Below, in pieces: positions 10,868 through 20,614 of a stretch of DNA of 64,000 nt. The notes beneath the pieces are model-generated. The model searched no databases. It worked only from the letters and a program-made list of their open reading frames with translations, and was not told the DNA's origin. Both the position numbers and the translations under genes were made by a program. The stretch covers positions 1-64,000 of the IMG/VR virus record IMGVR_UViG_3300021399_000105, one strand, 5' to 3'. The first letter of the stretch is position 1. Every line of letters begins with the position of its first letter. This DNA comes from a virus. Taxonomy: Duplodnaviria > Caudoviricetes.

Positions 10868-11341
10868 ATGGGGATACCATTTAAATCGGATATAGATTTG
10901 GATTATAATCAAATTAAAAACGTAAGAATTCAAGTACAAGCAACAGAACCAGCTACAGGTGTTTTAGGACAATTATATTACAACTCTACAAGTAAAGAAT
11001 ATTTTCAATATGATGGAACACGTTGGAAGCAACTAGGTTCTGATTTACCTGGTAATGTTGTTATTAGTGAAGATTTAAGTGTTAAGGGTATAATATCTTT
11101 AACTGCTCAAGAATATGATGAATTACAAAATAACAATGAACTAGAAGAAGACGTACTATACGCAATATTGGATGATGGTGTAGAAAATACTTTTATTGTC
11201 GATAATTTAACTAGTACATCTACAACTCAAGCTCTTAGTGCAAACCAAGGTAGAATTCTTAATAATATGATAGGGGATATAGGAGAGGCTTTAGACTTAA
11301 TTAACGGAGAATACGAAGTTGGAGATAATATGCAATTTTAA
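10868..11341 (+). CDS. Tail fibre-associated protein
   Basis: GQLYYNST...YDGTRW motif, LTAQEYDEL motif and the DNLTSTSTTQALSANQGRILN repeat shared with the downstream fibres. Confidence 0.55.
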   Translation: MGIPFKSDIDLDYNQIKNVRIQVQATEPATGVLGQLYYNSTSKEYFQYDGTRWKQLGSDLPGNVVISEDLSVKGIISLTAQEYDELQNNNELEEDVLYAILDDGVENTFIVDNLTSTSTTQALSANQGRILNNMIGDIGEALDLINGEYEVGDNMQF

Positions 11342-11355
11342 TTAGGAGGATTTTA

Positions 11356-12366
11356 ATGTATAATACAATAGCTAGTAAAATAGAATATCTTTCGGAAACT
11401 AAAGATTTAATTAGACAATCTTTAGTGAATAAAGGGCAGGATGTGCAGATAAATACACCTTTTAGACAGTATGCTAATATTATAAGTAATATGGGAGATA
11501 CTAGTAACTTAGAACCTGTTGTACAACAACAAAATTTACTTATTACAAATTTATATAATGAAATAAATACATTACAGAATATTGTAGATAACAAATCTGT
11601 AATGTATGACTGGCAAGCAATTGGATACAACTCAGCTCCAACAGAGTTAGATTACTACGTTAACTATTCTAAAAATGTTTACAATACCTGGAATAATAAT
11701 AAATCAAGTATGTATAGAGCATATTACGAAAGTCCAGATATAATGTTTTTTCCTAACGTAAATACTTATAATGTAAGTAACATGAGTCAATGTTTTTATA
11801 ATTGTTATGCTTTGGTTCATGTACCTCAGTTAAATTTAAGTAAAGTAACGAATATGTATCAAACATTTGCTAGATGTCAAAGTGTAATGGATTTACCTCC
11901 ACTAAATACAGCTAATGCTACTACATTTCAAGAAACATTAAGAGGATGTGTGGGATTACGTAATTTACCTCAATTTAATGTTACAAATAGTGCTACAAGA
12001 TTAGATAGCTTATGTATATACTGTTATAATTTAGCAAATGCATCTTCATGTGAAACTTGGGACGTAAGTAATGTTACTAACACAGCTAAGATGTTTAGTT
12101 TATGTTATAACTTAACTAACGTACCTATTTCCAATTGGAGTCCAAATAAAATTACAAACATTGGAGGTATGTTTGAAAAGTGTAATAATTTAACAGATAT
12201 GGATGTAACAAATATAATAAACTTTGTTTTAAATTGTACTAGTGTAACTACTAAAACACTTGTCAATGGAAGTAACGCATTTAGTCCGTTCCAAAGTACT
12301 AATATATCTAATACACGATATGAAAATAGATGGACAGAACTTACTCAAGCTGGTTGGACATATTAA
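11356..12366 (+). CDS. BspA/DUF285-like leucine-rich repeat protein
   Basis: Tandem repeats of the form (N/D)TSNVTNMxxxFxxCxxL, e.g. WDVSNVTNTAKMFSLCYNLTNVP. Confidence 0.75.
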   Translation: MYNTIASKIEYLSETKDLIRQSLVNKGQDVQINTPFRQYANIISNMGDTSNLEPVVQQQNLLITNLYNEINTLQNIVDNKSVMYDWQAIGYNSAPTELDYYVNYSKNVYNTWNNNKSSMYRAYYESPDIMFFPNVNTYNVSNMSQCFYNCYALVHVPQLNLSKVTNMYQTFARCQSVMDLPPLNTANATTFQETLRGCVGLRNLPQFNVTNSATRLDSLCIYCYNLANASSCETWDVSNVTNTAKMFSLCYNLTNVPISNWSPNKITNIGGMFEKCNNLTDMDVTNIINFVLNCTSVTTKTLVNGSNAFSPFQSTNISNTRYENRWTELTQAGWTY

Positions 12367-12385
12367 CAGAGTATAACGAAAATTA

Positions 12386-12419
12386 AAGTATGTATATAAA
12401 ATATACATACTTTTTATTT
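12386..12419 (+). terminator. Probable intrinsic terminator
   Basis: AAGTATGTATAT-AAA-ATATACATACTT followed by TTTATTT. Confidence 0.65.
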
Positions 12420-12421
12420 GT

Positions 12422-12435
12422 GTAAAATATTATTG
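12422..12435 (+). promoter_or_regulatory. Putative late promoter motif
   Basis: GTAAAATATTATTG upstream of the GT2 gene. Confidence 0.6.
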
Positions 12436-12464
12436 ATACAAGAAATTTTGGAGGTAGAGACAAA

Positions 12465-13505
12465 ATGATTGATATAATAATTCCAGCATATAACAGCCAA
12501 GATACTATAATACGAACACTTAGTAGTATAGCAATGCAATTAAACAGAAAAGAGTTAGTTGTAACTATTGTTAATGATGGCGGAAAAGACTATAAAGATA
12601 TAGTTGATATGTTCAAACCACTTATAAACATTAGAGAGATAGGATATGAGACTAATAGAGGTCCAGGCTATGCTAGACAATATGGTATAGATAACACAAA
12701 ACAAGACTTTATAACTTTTATCGATGCAGATGATACATTTTATGAAGCTTGCTCTTTAAGTTTGTTATCAAAACCTATAAAAGACACTAGTACTAAGTTT
12801 GTTATAAGTCCTTTTGTACAAATAGGTAAAAATCAAGAACAAGGTATGGTAAATGCTAATTTGGTTTGGATATTTGGACACATTTATAGAAGAAGTTTTT
12901 TACAACAACACAATATAAGATTTACAAGTACTAGAGCTAATGAGGATGTTGGTTTTAATAGTATGTGCAATCTTATAGCTCAAAAAGATATGGGTCCAGA
13001 AGGTGGTAAAATATTAAGTATTCCTACTTATGAGTGGCATTATAATGAAGCGTCCATAACAAGAAGAGGTAAGGATGAATACGAATATGGTATATGTACA
13101 CCAGGGTATATTTATAACCTACACAATGCTTACAACGTTGCACAACGAGAAGGCGTTCCACTTAAATCTATAGCACCATCAGCTTTAGAAACTGCATTTA
13201 GTTGCTTTATATACTATAATGTAGCTTTAGCAAAAAAGGTTCCACAAGAAACGTTAAATGCTATAGAAGAGTTAAGTAGAAAATTTTATTATGATTATTA
13301 TAAACAAATACAGCAATTTATTAGTGAAGATGACTATAAAGCTATGTATACTAATGCTTATAATAGCAAGAGTAATCATTTGCAGGGAATTATTTTTAAA
13401 ACAACATTAGATGATTTTATAGAGTTAATGTTTAGCAAACCTGTTGATGAGATTACATATGAACAGTTAGAGAAGAATGTTCAAAATGTAGCTCAACAAC
13501 TTTAA
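12465..13505 (+). CDS. Glycosyltransferase family 2 (GT-A fold)
   Basis: IIIPAYN..IVNDG..NRGPGYARQYGI..FIDADD..ANEDVGFN. Confidence 0.9.
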   Translation: MIDIIIPAYNSQDTIIRTLSSIAMQLNRKELVVTIVNDGGKDYKDIVDMFKPLINIREIGYETNRGPGYARQYGIDNTKQDFITFIDADDTFYEACSLSLLSKPIKDTSTKFVISPFVQIGKNQEQGMVNANLVWIFGHIYRRSFLQQHNIRFTSTRANEDVGFNSMCNLIAQKDMGPEGGKILSIPTYEWHYNEASITRRGKDEYEYGICTPGYIYNLHNAYNVAQREGVPLKSIAPSALETAFSCFIYYNVALAKKVPQETLNAIEELSRKFYYDYYKQIQQFISEDDYKAMYTNAYNSKSNHLQGIIFKTTLDDFIELMFSKPVDEITYEQLEKNVQNVAQQL

Positions 13506-13524
13506 TATTTATAGGAGTAAAAAC

Positions 13525-13938
13525 ATGATAAATAAAGATTGTTTCACAGGAGATACACTTATAGTTACAAAAAGTGGATTAAAACTAATTAAAGATTTAA
13601 AGTGTGGAGATAAAGTTTTAACATATAACTTTGAAAAGGAAAAGACAGAATATAAGGATATTATAAATGTATCAAAACATAATATATCCGTTATATATAG
13701 ATTATACTTTGAAAATGAGATGATTTTAACTACATATAAAGAATTATTCTTTGTAGGTAAAACAGAAATAAGAACAGAGTTTTTAAGACCTGGAAATAAA
13801 CTAGTGACTAGCAGTGGAGATATAGTTTTAGAGAATATAAATAAAATAAATAAGGAATATGATGTATATAATTTAGAAATAGCTGATAATGATAATTTTT
13901 ATGTAGGTAAAAATGGTATATTAGTTAAACATTGTTAG
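13525..13938 (+). CDS. Stand-alone Hint (intein-like) domain protein
   Basis: CFTGDTLIVT N-terminal block, I..LK.GDKVL, and VYNLEIADNDNFYVGKNGILV C-terminal block. Confidence 0.8.
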   Translation: MINKDCFTGDTLIVTKSGLKLIKDLKCGDKVLTYNFEKEKTEYKDIINVSKHNISVIYRLYFENEMILTTYKELFFVGKTEIRTEFLRPGNKLVTSSGDIVLENINKINKEYDVYNLEIADNDNFYVGKNGILVKHC

Positions 13939-13958
13939 AAAGGAGTTAAGTACAATAA

Positions 13959-15311
13959 ATGTCTTTAAGAATAATTAAACAAGGTACAGAATATATTATA
14001 GCAGATGCTAGTGATAATAGTAGTGGAAGTGCTGTTACTGTAATAGATAATCTTAACTCGTCTAGTAGTGTGGATGCTTTATCTGCTAATCAAGGACGTG
14101 TTTTAAACAATAGTCTAACACAACTTAAAAATAGTGTAGGAAATTTAATTAATCTAACTACACAAGATAAAACAAGTATAGTAAATGCAATAAATGAATT
14201 AGCTTCAGAAATAGGACAAACCCCATCAGACGTTTATACTAAGCTGGAAGTGGATAATTTAATTTCAGATGTAGAGAGTGGTATTGCATCAGATTTAACT
14301 AATTATTACACTAAAACACAAATAGATGAAACTGTTGGAGATTTAGAAAATAAAATAAGTGCTATACCAAAATTCAATATATTAGTAGTTCAAACATTAC
14401 CTACTACAAATATTTCTACAACAACTGTATACCTAGTACCTAGTGATAATCCAAAAACAGGAAATATATTTGAAGAGTATATATATGTTAATAATCAATG
14501 GGAATTATTAGGTTCACAAAAAATTGATTTATCTAATTATTATACAAAAACAGAGGTAGATAATTTAGTTGCACATAAAATAAATAGTTTAGATGATACA
14601 GTTACAAATATAATTTCATTAACACAAGCAGAATATAATACATTAAAAAATAACGGAGATTTAGTTAATGGAACTATTTACAATATCACAGATGGTAACG
14701 GAGAACATACAAATATAAATGTTATAGATGGTGTAACAAGTACATCTGGTCAAGATGCTTTAAGTGCAAATCAGGGTAGAATTTTAAACAATAAATTGAC
14801 TGGATTAGTACAAGGTACCTGTCCTGTATATGATGAAAATAGTATATATACAATTGGTATGTTCTGTTATAATACGGCAGATAACACAGTTTACAGATGT
14901 AAGTATTTAGGTATAGTAACAGGTACATTTGATGCAACAAAGTGGCAAGCAGTCAACTTATCTGAAATAATTAACGGTATGACAAATAGATTTTATGAAG
15001 CATACACACAGGTATCTTCAGGTGTAACTTATTACGCAATTACTTATATGGGTCAGCTATATGACGAGGTTCCAGACCCAGATATACTAATAAATGTTAA
15101 ATTCCCAACAAGTTCAAATATGGGCGATGCATATTTAAGTTTAACTGGTTCAGCGCTATTTAAATACCCTATCACAAATACAAGTGGAACTCCATTTTCT
15201 ATAGCTGATGTAAGTGGTGAATATCTAACATTGCTATTTGATTCAATCAACGAACGATTCTATATTTATACAGGAATCGGTTTAGTATCGAGTATAGATA
15301 CAATAAATTAA
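13959..15311 (+). CDS. Tail fibre protein
   Basis: ALSANQGR repeats, LTTQDKTSIVNAINEL, NYYTKTxxD repeats, VVQTLPT...IFEEYIYVNNQWELLG module. Confidence 0.7.
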   Translation: MSLRIIKQGTEYIIADASDNSSGSAVTVIDNLNSSSSVDALSANQGRVLNNSLTQLKNSVGNLINLTTQDKTSIVNAINELASEIGQTPSDVYTKLEVDNLISDVESGIASDLTNYYTKTQIDETVGDLENKISAIPKFNILVVQTLPTTNISTTTVYLVPSDNPKTGNIFEEYIYVNNQWELLGSQKIDLSNYYTKTEVDNLVAHKINSLDDTVTNIISLTQAEYNTLKNNGDLVNGTIYNITDGNGEHTNINVIDGVTSTSGQDALSANQGRILNNKLTGLVQGTCPVYDENSIYTIGMFCYNTADNTVYRCKYLGIVTGTFDATKWQAVNLSEIINGMTNRFYEAYTQVSSGVTYYAITYMGQLYDEVPDPDILINVKFPTSSNMGDAYLSLTGSALFKYPITNTSGTPFSIADVSGEYLTLLFDSINERFYIYTGIGLVSSIDTIN

Positions 15312-15358
15312 AAATTAACTTGTAAAAATTATTAAAATTGTAATTTAGGAGATAATAT

Positions 15359-16570
15359 ATGGCAATTATTTATTACAATAATGATACAGAGATTAACTTA
15401 ACAGATTTAATAAATATAGTTGATGATTTGACATCATCTTCATCTACATCTGCATTAAGTGCTAATCAGGGTAGAGCTTTAAATACTATAATAGGTAATC
15501 TAAGTAGTTTAACTACCACAGATAAGAGTTCTATTGTATCTGCAATAAACGATGTAGTACACAAAACTGATTTATTAGGGAGTGAACCTATTGGAAGTAT
15601 TTTACCATATTGCGGTAATTCTGCTCCTCCAGGTTATTATATATGTGATGGTAGAGCAATATCAAGAGAGAATAACGCAGATTTGTTTAACGTTATAGGA
15701 ACTACATATGGTAGTGGTGATGGTTCTACAACATTTAATTTACCAGACCTTAGAGGCAGAGTAGTAATAGGTTTAGATGTTAATGACACCGACTTTGACA
15801 CACTAGGGGAAACAGGCGGAGAAAAAACACATATACTAACAGTTGATGAATTAGCACCTCATAACCACGGTGTTAAAGTAAAAATGAATGCATCAGGCTT
15901 CGGAGATGGCTATTTAACATCTGCGTCAGGTTATGATTACACTACATCTAATTCACCTATTAACAGTAATGGTGGAGGACAAGCTCACAACAACTTACAA
16001 CCTTATATAGTAATAAACTATATAATCAAAGCAGAAGGTACTGAACCTGCTACAATGGCAGAAAGTTTACCTGTAGGAAGTGTTGTAGATTTTGATGGAG
16101 ATATAAATAATATTCCAACAGGGTGGGTTCCTGCAGAAGATATTTCTTCAATAACAGTAAAAAGAAGTACAGACGGTAGTGTATATGGGGATGAGACGCA
16201 GATAGTAACGTTTGATACTGTTGTTAATCAAACTGGAGGTAAAATAACTTTATCAACTGTAATGCACGAAATATTAGTATTAGAAGAGTGTGATGTAGAG
16301 ATAAGTGGATGTTATAGATTTGGATATTGTGACTCTAGTAAAAAGTATGTATATATTAGAACACATGTTATAAATTCAGAGGCTGAAGAGACATTGATTA
16401 CAATATCTCAACAAAATTGTACAGCAACTACGTTAACAATAGCACCTTTTATAACTCATCTAAGCGCAGGTACTTATGTTAGTTTATTAGGTTATTGTGA
16501 TGCCACAGGAGTAAAAACTAGAGTACATGCTGAGGGTACATATTTAACATTAAAAGAAATAAATTGTTAG
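15359..16570 (+). CDS. Tail fibre protein with tail collar domain
   Basis: PIGSILPY.G..APPGYYICDGRAISR...LF.VIGTTYGSGDGSTTFNLPDLRGRV...GGEKTH.LT..E...H.H...AHNNLQPY.VINYIIK. Confidence 0.9.
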   Translation: MAIIYYNNDTEINLTDLINIVDDLTSSSSTSALSANQGRALNTIIGNLSSLTTTDKSSIVSAINDVVHKTDLLGSEPIGSILPYCGNSAPPGYYICDGRAISRENNADLFNVIGTTYGSGDGSTTFNLPDLRGRVVIGLDVNDTDFDTLGETGGEKTHILTVDELAPHNHGVKVKMNASGFGDGYLTSASGYDYTTSNSPINSNGGGQAHNNLQPYIVINYIIKAEGTEPATMAESLPVGSVVDFDGDINNIPTGWVPAEDISSITVKRSTDGSVYGDETQIVTFDTVVNQTGGKITLSTVMHEILVLEECDVEISGCYRFGYCDSSKKYVYIRTHVINSEAEETLITISQQNCTATTLTIAPFITHLSAGTYVSLLGYCDATGVKTRVHAEGTYLTLKEINC

Positions 16571-16583
16571 GAGATGAAATAAA

Positions 16584-16939
16584 ATGCCAATAACAGTAAC
16601 ATCAATAAAACCGCAAGATATAGAAACTGGTTGTAGTTTAAATGGTAAAATTTTATATGAAAAAACAGTATTTGGAACAAAAGTAGGTGGAACTGATTTG
16701 GAGTTATTTATAGGTAACGATATAGATTTTGCTTACATTTATGGGGGGGTTTAATAACACCTTCTAATACAATTTACGGTCTAACTCGTTATGAACCTTC
16801 TAATCCAACCTATTGGACAAGATGTGAAATATATGTAAATAGTAACGGAAATGCGTATGCTTACTTCAAAAGTGGTACAGATAACGCATACTTTAACGGA
16901 CAGGTAATTATGACAGTTAGATACACAAAAACAACATAA
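16584..16939 (+). pseudogene. Fibre-tip cassette frameshifted at a G7 tract (16743-16749); possibly phase-variable
   Basis: With G7 the frame stops at TAA 16752. With G8 or G5 it runs to ...VIMTVRYTKTT, the same C-terminus as the sibling cassettes. Confidence 0.65.
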
Positions 16940-16970
16940 TAAAAACTAATTTTTAAGAGAGGTATATGAC

Positions 16971-17306
16971 ATGGCAAATGTTTGGTCTCCACAAGAAGTG
17001 GAAACAGGTAATTCTATAGATGGACAAGTTATTTATGTCAAAACAATAGCATTTGGAGCTTTACCAGATAACACTAGTAAAAGTGTTAATCATAATATAA
17101 CAAATCTAAGTCACATTGTTGGTTTAGATGGGTTTGCTTTAAGTAGTTTGAATAAGGGAGGTATAACCTTACCACATGCTACAGGAAATGATTCAAGTAT
17201 ATGTTTATACGCAGATGACACACAAGTAACGATTCGTGCGTGACAAAATGCTTCAGCTTATACACAAGCATATATTCATATCTATTATACAAAAACAACA
17301 AGCTAA
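16971..17306 (+). pseudogene. Fibre-tip cassette with an internal TGA (17241-17243)
   Basis: After the TGA the same frame continues QNASAYTQAYIHIYYTKTTS-TAA, completing the YTKTT family C-terminus. N-terminal E.ETG..IDG..IY.K matches the siblings. Confidence 0.65.
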
Positions 17307-17499
17307 ATAGTAAAAGGTTGGTGATAATAATGAATATTTATGGTACAGCAAACGATAATTCAAGACATACAATAGTTCCTGTATGAATTTACTTATTATA
17401 GATTATTAAACTTTGAGGGGGTAAATAAAGCAATGGATAACATATATAGAGTAACTAATAGGGGTATGTTAATTATTCAACATACTGAAGGTGATTTGT

Positions 17500-17943
17500 A
17501 TGAGAATTAAAAAGATTTATCAAACGTCTCAATTAGCAGCTCAAGTAGTTAACACAAATATAAATAGTACAAAAGACACATATAGTTGTGATTATATAAA
17601 TGACAATTATTATTCTGTTACAGAATTATACAATAATACATCTGGATCTACTGGTTCAATAACATTAAACGACCTTGTAAGCAATTATTCTTATATTGAA
17701 ATATTCTATGGTGCAGATGGATTTGAGTATTCAACAAAGGTTAGAGCAGGGCAAAGTTTTGCTACAGGTGTTCAAAGTGTATTTAGTGGAAGTTCAAATA
17801 TCGCATTGTATACATCTAACTGGACAATGTCGGGTACAAATATAACATTCGCTAAAGCTTCAAACAAATATATAGGAGATAGCGTAGGTTCATACGGTAC
17901 TAACCCTTATGTTAAGATATATAAAGTACTAGGATATAAGTAG
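17500..17943 (+). CDS. Short tail fibre-tip-like protein
   Basis: STKDTYSCDYIN, LYNNTSGSTGSITL....NYSYIEIFY...IYKVLGYK: a common fibre C-terminal module; lies in the fibre cluster. Confidence 0.55.
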   Translation: MRIKKIYQTSQLAAQVVNTNINSTKDTYSCDYINDNYYSVTELYNNTSGSTGSITLNDLVSNYSYIEIFYGADGFEYSTKVRAGQSFATGVQSVFSGSSNIALYTSNWTMSGTNITFAKASNKYIGDSVGSYGTNPYVKIYKVLGYK

Positions 17944-17956
17944 AGGAGGTACATAA

Positions 17957-18298
17957 ATGAAAATATTTAACAATAACAATGGAGTACAAATATTATCTTT
18001 ATTAGATGAATTATTTATTGTTGAGCAGTTTAGTATTACAATGGGTACTTTTACTGCCAATCAAGATAGATATGACATGACAAGTACTTTAACAAATGTA
18101 CCACAAGGATATACCCCTATAGGTATAATGGGGTATAGTATGTCTGGAGCTTATTATTCTCATGTACTTTTTAGTAGACTAACTTTAGATACAAATAACC
18201 CCAATATAGTTAACTGGTCGGCTAAAAACACTGCTAGTAGTGCTACAGGTTCAATAACATGTGTATTATCTGTTTTATTAAAAAAGAATTTAAATTAG
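17957..18298 (+). CDS. Short tail fibre-tip-like protein
   Basis: GGAGG RBS; VPQGYTPIGI motif; beta-rich; lies in the cassette array. Confidence 0.5.
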   Translation: MKIFNNNNGVQILSLLDELFIVEQFSITMGTFTANQDRYDMTSTLTNVPQGYTPIGIMGYSMSGAYYSHVLFSRLTLDTNNPNIVNWSAKNTASSATGSITCVLSVLLKKNLN

Positions 18299-18320
18299 TT
18301 TTTAGAAAGGATATTTATTT

Positions 18321-18686
18321 ATGAAAATATTTAGTACAAATGGGGGGGGTTTAAACTCCTTACAAATATATAAAGAACAAGAACATTTAATAGGCTATTG
18401 GATAGATGGAAAACCAATATATAGAAAAGTACTTGTCACAACTTGGGGTACTAATACAAGTTTTTCTCAAATAAGTGTGTCCAATTTAAATATTGATACA
18501 TTGGTTAATATAACTGGTAAAGTCTCTTATTCGAACGGTTGGCATATTCTTGGTGGTTACGCTAATACAAATTTCTATTCGTTAATTCAATACAGTAGTG
18601 CGGAAAACAGCATTCAATTGTATGGCAAAGGTTATGCTAATGCAAATCTAATTATAATAGTAGAATATACGAAAACAACAGATTAG
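18321..18686 (+). CDS. Fibre-tip cassette, intact, with an in-frame G8 tract (18342-18349)
   Basis: EHLIGYWIDGKPIYRKV...VEYTKTTD module. Confidence 0.65.
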   Translation: MKIFSTNGGGLNSLQIYKEQEHLIGYWIDGKPIYRKVLVTTWGTNTSFSQISVSNLNIDTLVNITGKVSYSNGWHILGGYANTNFYSLIQYSSAENSIQLYGKGYANANLIIIVEYTKTTD

Positions 18687-18860
18687 AGAAGGTAAATAGA
18701 ATATAAGAACTAAAAATTATCAAATATTCCAATTAGTAGCTTAGAAAGTTTTGTACAAATAGTTTTCAAGTTAATAAATTATTTTAGAATATACTAAAAT
18801 ATAAAGATATAAGTAAGTTATTAACTACTTATATCTATTTTTATCTGCTACAGTATCTAT

Positions 18861-18874
18861 GTAAAATATTAGTG
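18861..18874 (+). promoter_or_regulatory. Putative late promoter motif
   Basis: GTAAAATATTAGTG directly after a hairpin (about 18804-18836). Confidence 0.65.
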
Positions 18875-18922
18875 AACACAAAGGTAGAAAATTCAAGTTT
18901 AAGAGGGTTGATTGAGTATATT

Positions 18923-19711
18923 ATGGGAGAAGTAACATTCGAGATTTTAGTTGAAACATATTTAAAGATAGGTATTTTAGGTTTATGTGCAGTCATTTTA
19001 TTGTTAGTTTTTATTATGCTAACGAGAAAATTTATAAAGGAGTTGGACATAAAAAATAAAAGAGATAAAGATAATAATAATTTAATAACAGATGGATATA
19101 GTAAAAAAGATGACTTAATTATTAACAATTATGCAGACTTTCTCAAACAACAACGAGAAATGAATACATATCTAATAGAACAGATTGTAAAACAAGTAAC
19201 TCAACACACTACAAGTCCGCAAGAAACAGAAAGAGTTAGTGAAATACAGGAAGGTGTAAATAATACTTTGCAGGATATGCTAATAGATACAAATGCTAGT
19301 AGAGTATGTGTTATACAGTTTCATAATGGCGGTAGAGGAATAAATAGACAAGCTTTTTTAAAAATGAGTATGACAAATGAAATAGTACAATCTGGAATAC
19401 AGCAACTAATGCCTCAGTTTAAAGACCAATTTAGAAGTATGTTTCCATACTTTTTTAGAATAGTAAATGAACAAGGATTTTACTATTTAGAAAGTATAGA
19501 AGAAATTAAAGATAAAGATGCAGGCTTATACGAATTTCTAAAAATGCACGGAGTTCAGAGTGGATACTATACTGCAATTTATCATAAAGAGGGTTGGATA
19601 TTAGGTATGTTGAATATAGAGTATGTTAACTCAGAGTATGCTAATTTAGAGTTAGTGGATGGTGTAATTAAAAAGAATAAGCACACTATAGAAACATTAT
19701 TATCTTTATAA
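18923..19711 (+). CDS. Membrane-anchored protein with GAF-like C-terminal domain; putative holin
   Basis: One N-terminal TM helix, then ASRVCVIQFHNGG...SMTNE and a GAF-like C-terminus. The architecture is reminiscent of T4 holin T; lies after the fibres. Confidence 0.45.
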   Translation: MGEVTFEILVETYLKIGILGLCAVILLLVFIMLTRKFIKELDIKNKRDKDNNNLITDGYSKKDDLIINNYADFLKQQREMNTYLIEQIVKQVTQHTTSPQETERVSEIQEGVNNTLQDMLIDTNASRVCVIQFHNGGRGINRQAFLKMSMTNEIVQSGIQQLMPQFKDQFRSMFPYFFRIVNEQGFYYLESIEEIKDKDAGLYEFLKMHGVQSGYYTAIYHKEGWILGMLNIEYVNSEYANLELVDGVIKKNKHTIETLLSL

Positions 19712-19734
19712 ATAGTAAAAAATAAGGAGTAAAA

Positions 19735-20364
19735 ATGAGTACTACAATAATAGAAAGTAAAAGATATATACCTTGGGTTTTAAGACAAAGTAGAGATATG
19801 CAAGCATTTTGTAAGATATTAGACTTACTTATAAATGCTATTAAAACTACAAGTGATTATTGGATTAACTTAATAGATTTTGATGGGTGTCCAGACCAGC
19901 TATTACCTTATTTAGCATCTTATGTAGGATATAAATATGATAATAAAGAAAGTTATGATACTAATAGACTTATAATTAAAAACTACCCAAATCTAATTCA
20001 TAATAGGGGTTCTAGAATTGGAATTTCATTAGCTGCAGCTTTATCAGTTAATGCTTTAGGTAGTATAGACCAATTAGAAGCTTTAAGTATGTTTAAAATA
20101 GAATATGTAAATACAGATAATGTAGTTAAATTATATATTTTCTTTCCAGTATCTTTAAGTAAGGTAAGAGACTTAATAGAAGTAGTTAGACCTGCTGGAT
20201 GTGGTATGGAACTAGTTCCAGCTGAACTAATTAGTACTATTGATGGTATTCAAATTAGTGATTTTGTAACTGCTACTAGATACACATATGATTTAACAAG
20301 ATATTCTGTAGGTGAAGATGATAAAGTTGGTTTCGCAGAGGTAACTAACGAACAGTACAAATAA
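19735..20364 (+). CDS. Baseplate/tail protein (P2 GpI-like)
   Basis: LIDFDGCPDQLLPYLASYVGY...RLIIKN...HNRGS..GI...VRPAG. Confidence 0.75.
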   Translation: MSTTIIESKRYIPWVLRQSRDMQAFCKILDLLINAIKTTSDYWINLIDFDGCPDQLLPYLASYVGYKYDNKESYDTNRLIIKNYPNLIHNRGSRIGISLAAALSVNALGSIDQLEALSMFKIEYVNTDNVVKLYIFFPVSLSKVRDLIEVVRPAGCGMELVPAELISTIDGIQISDFVTATRYTYDLTRYSVGEDDKVGFAEVTNEQYK

Positions 20365-20389
20365 GTAAATAAGTATATCCTAAATGTAA

Positions 20390-20403
20390 GTAAAATATTA
20401 TTG
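20390..20403 (+). promoter_or_regulatory. Putative late promoter motif
   Basis: GTAAAATATTATTG, intergenic. Confidence 0.6.
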
Positions 20404-20456
20404 GTAAGAGTGTATTCTGCCAATAATATTTTTTTAATTTAATAGGAGGTAGTTGT

Positions 20457-20612
20457 ATGGTTGATTGTGTAGATAAAAAGGATTTATTTAAATATTCATT
20501 TTATAATGAGGATGGAGAAGTTACAACTGTTTTAAATGTGGAAAAATTAAAACAAATCCTAGGTACAGATGTAATATTATTGGAAGAATTAAATTATAGT
20601 TATAAGGAGTAA
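20457..20612 (+). CDS. Small hypothetical protein (51 aa)
   Basis: AGGAGG RBS, ATG 20457, fills the gap to the next gene; below the ORF-track size cutoff. Confidence 0.6.
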   Translation: MVDCVDKKDLFKYSFYNEDGEVTTVLNVEKLKQILGTDVILLEELNYSYKE

Positions 20613-20614
20613 TA

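Noticed and set aside
14722-14940. Alternative-frame + strand ORF 26548-26739 and minus ORF 14722-14940
   Set aside because: Nested inside longer genes, no RBS, and composition consistent with off-frame reading.
15359-18686. Diversity-generating retroelement or invertase shufflon at the fibre cassettes
   Set aside because: No reverse transcriptase, no near-identical TR/VR pair, no recombinase and no inverted cassettes in this window.
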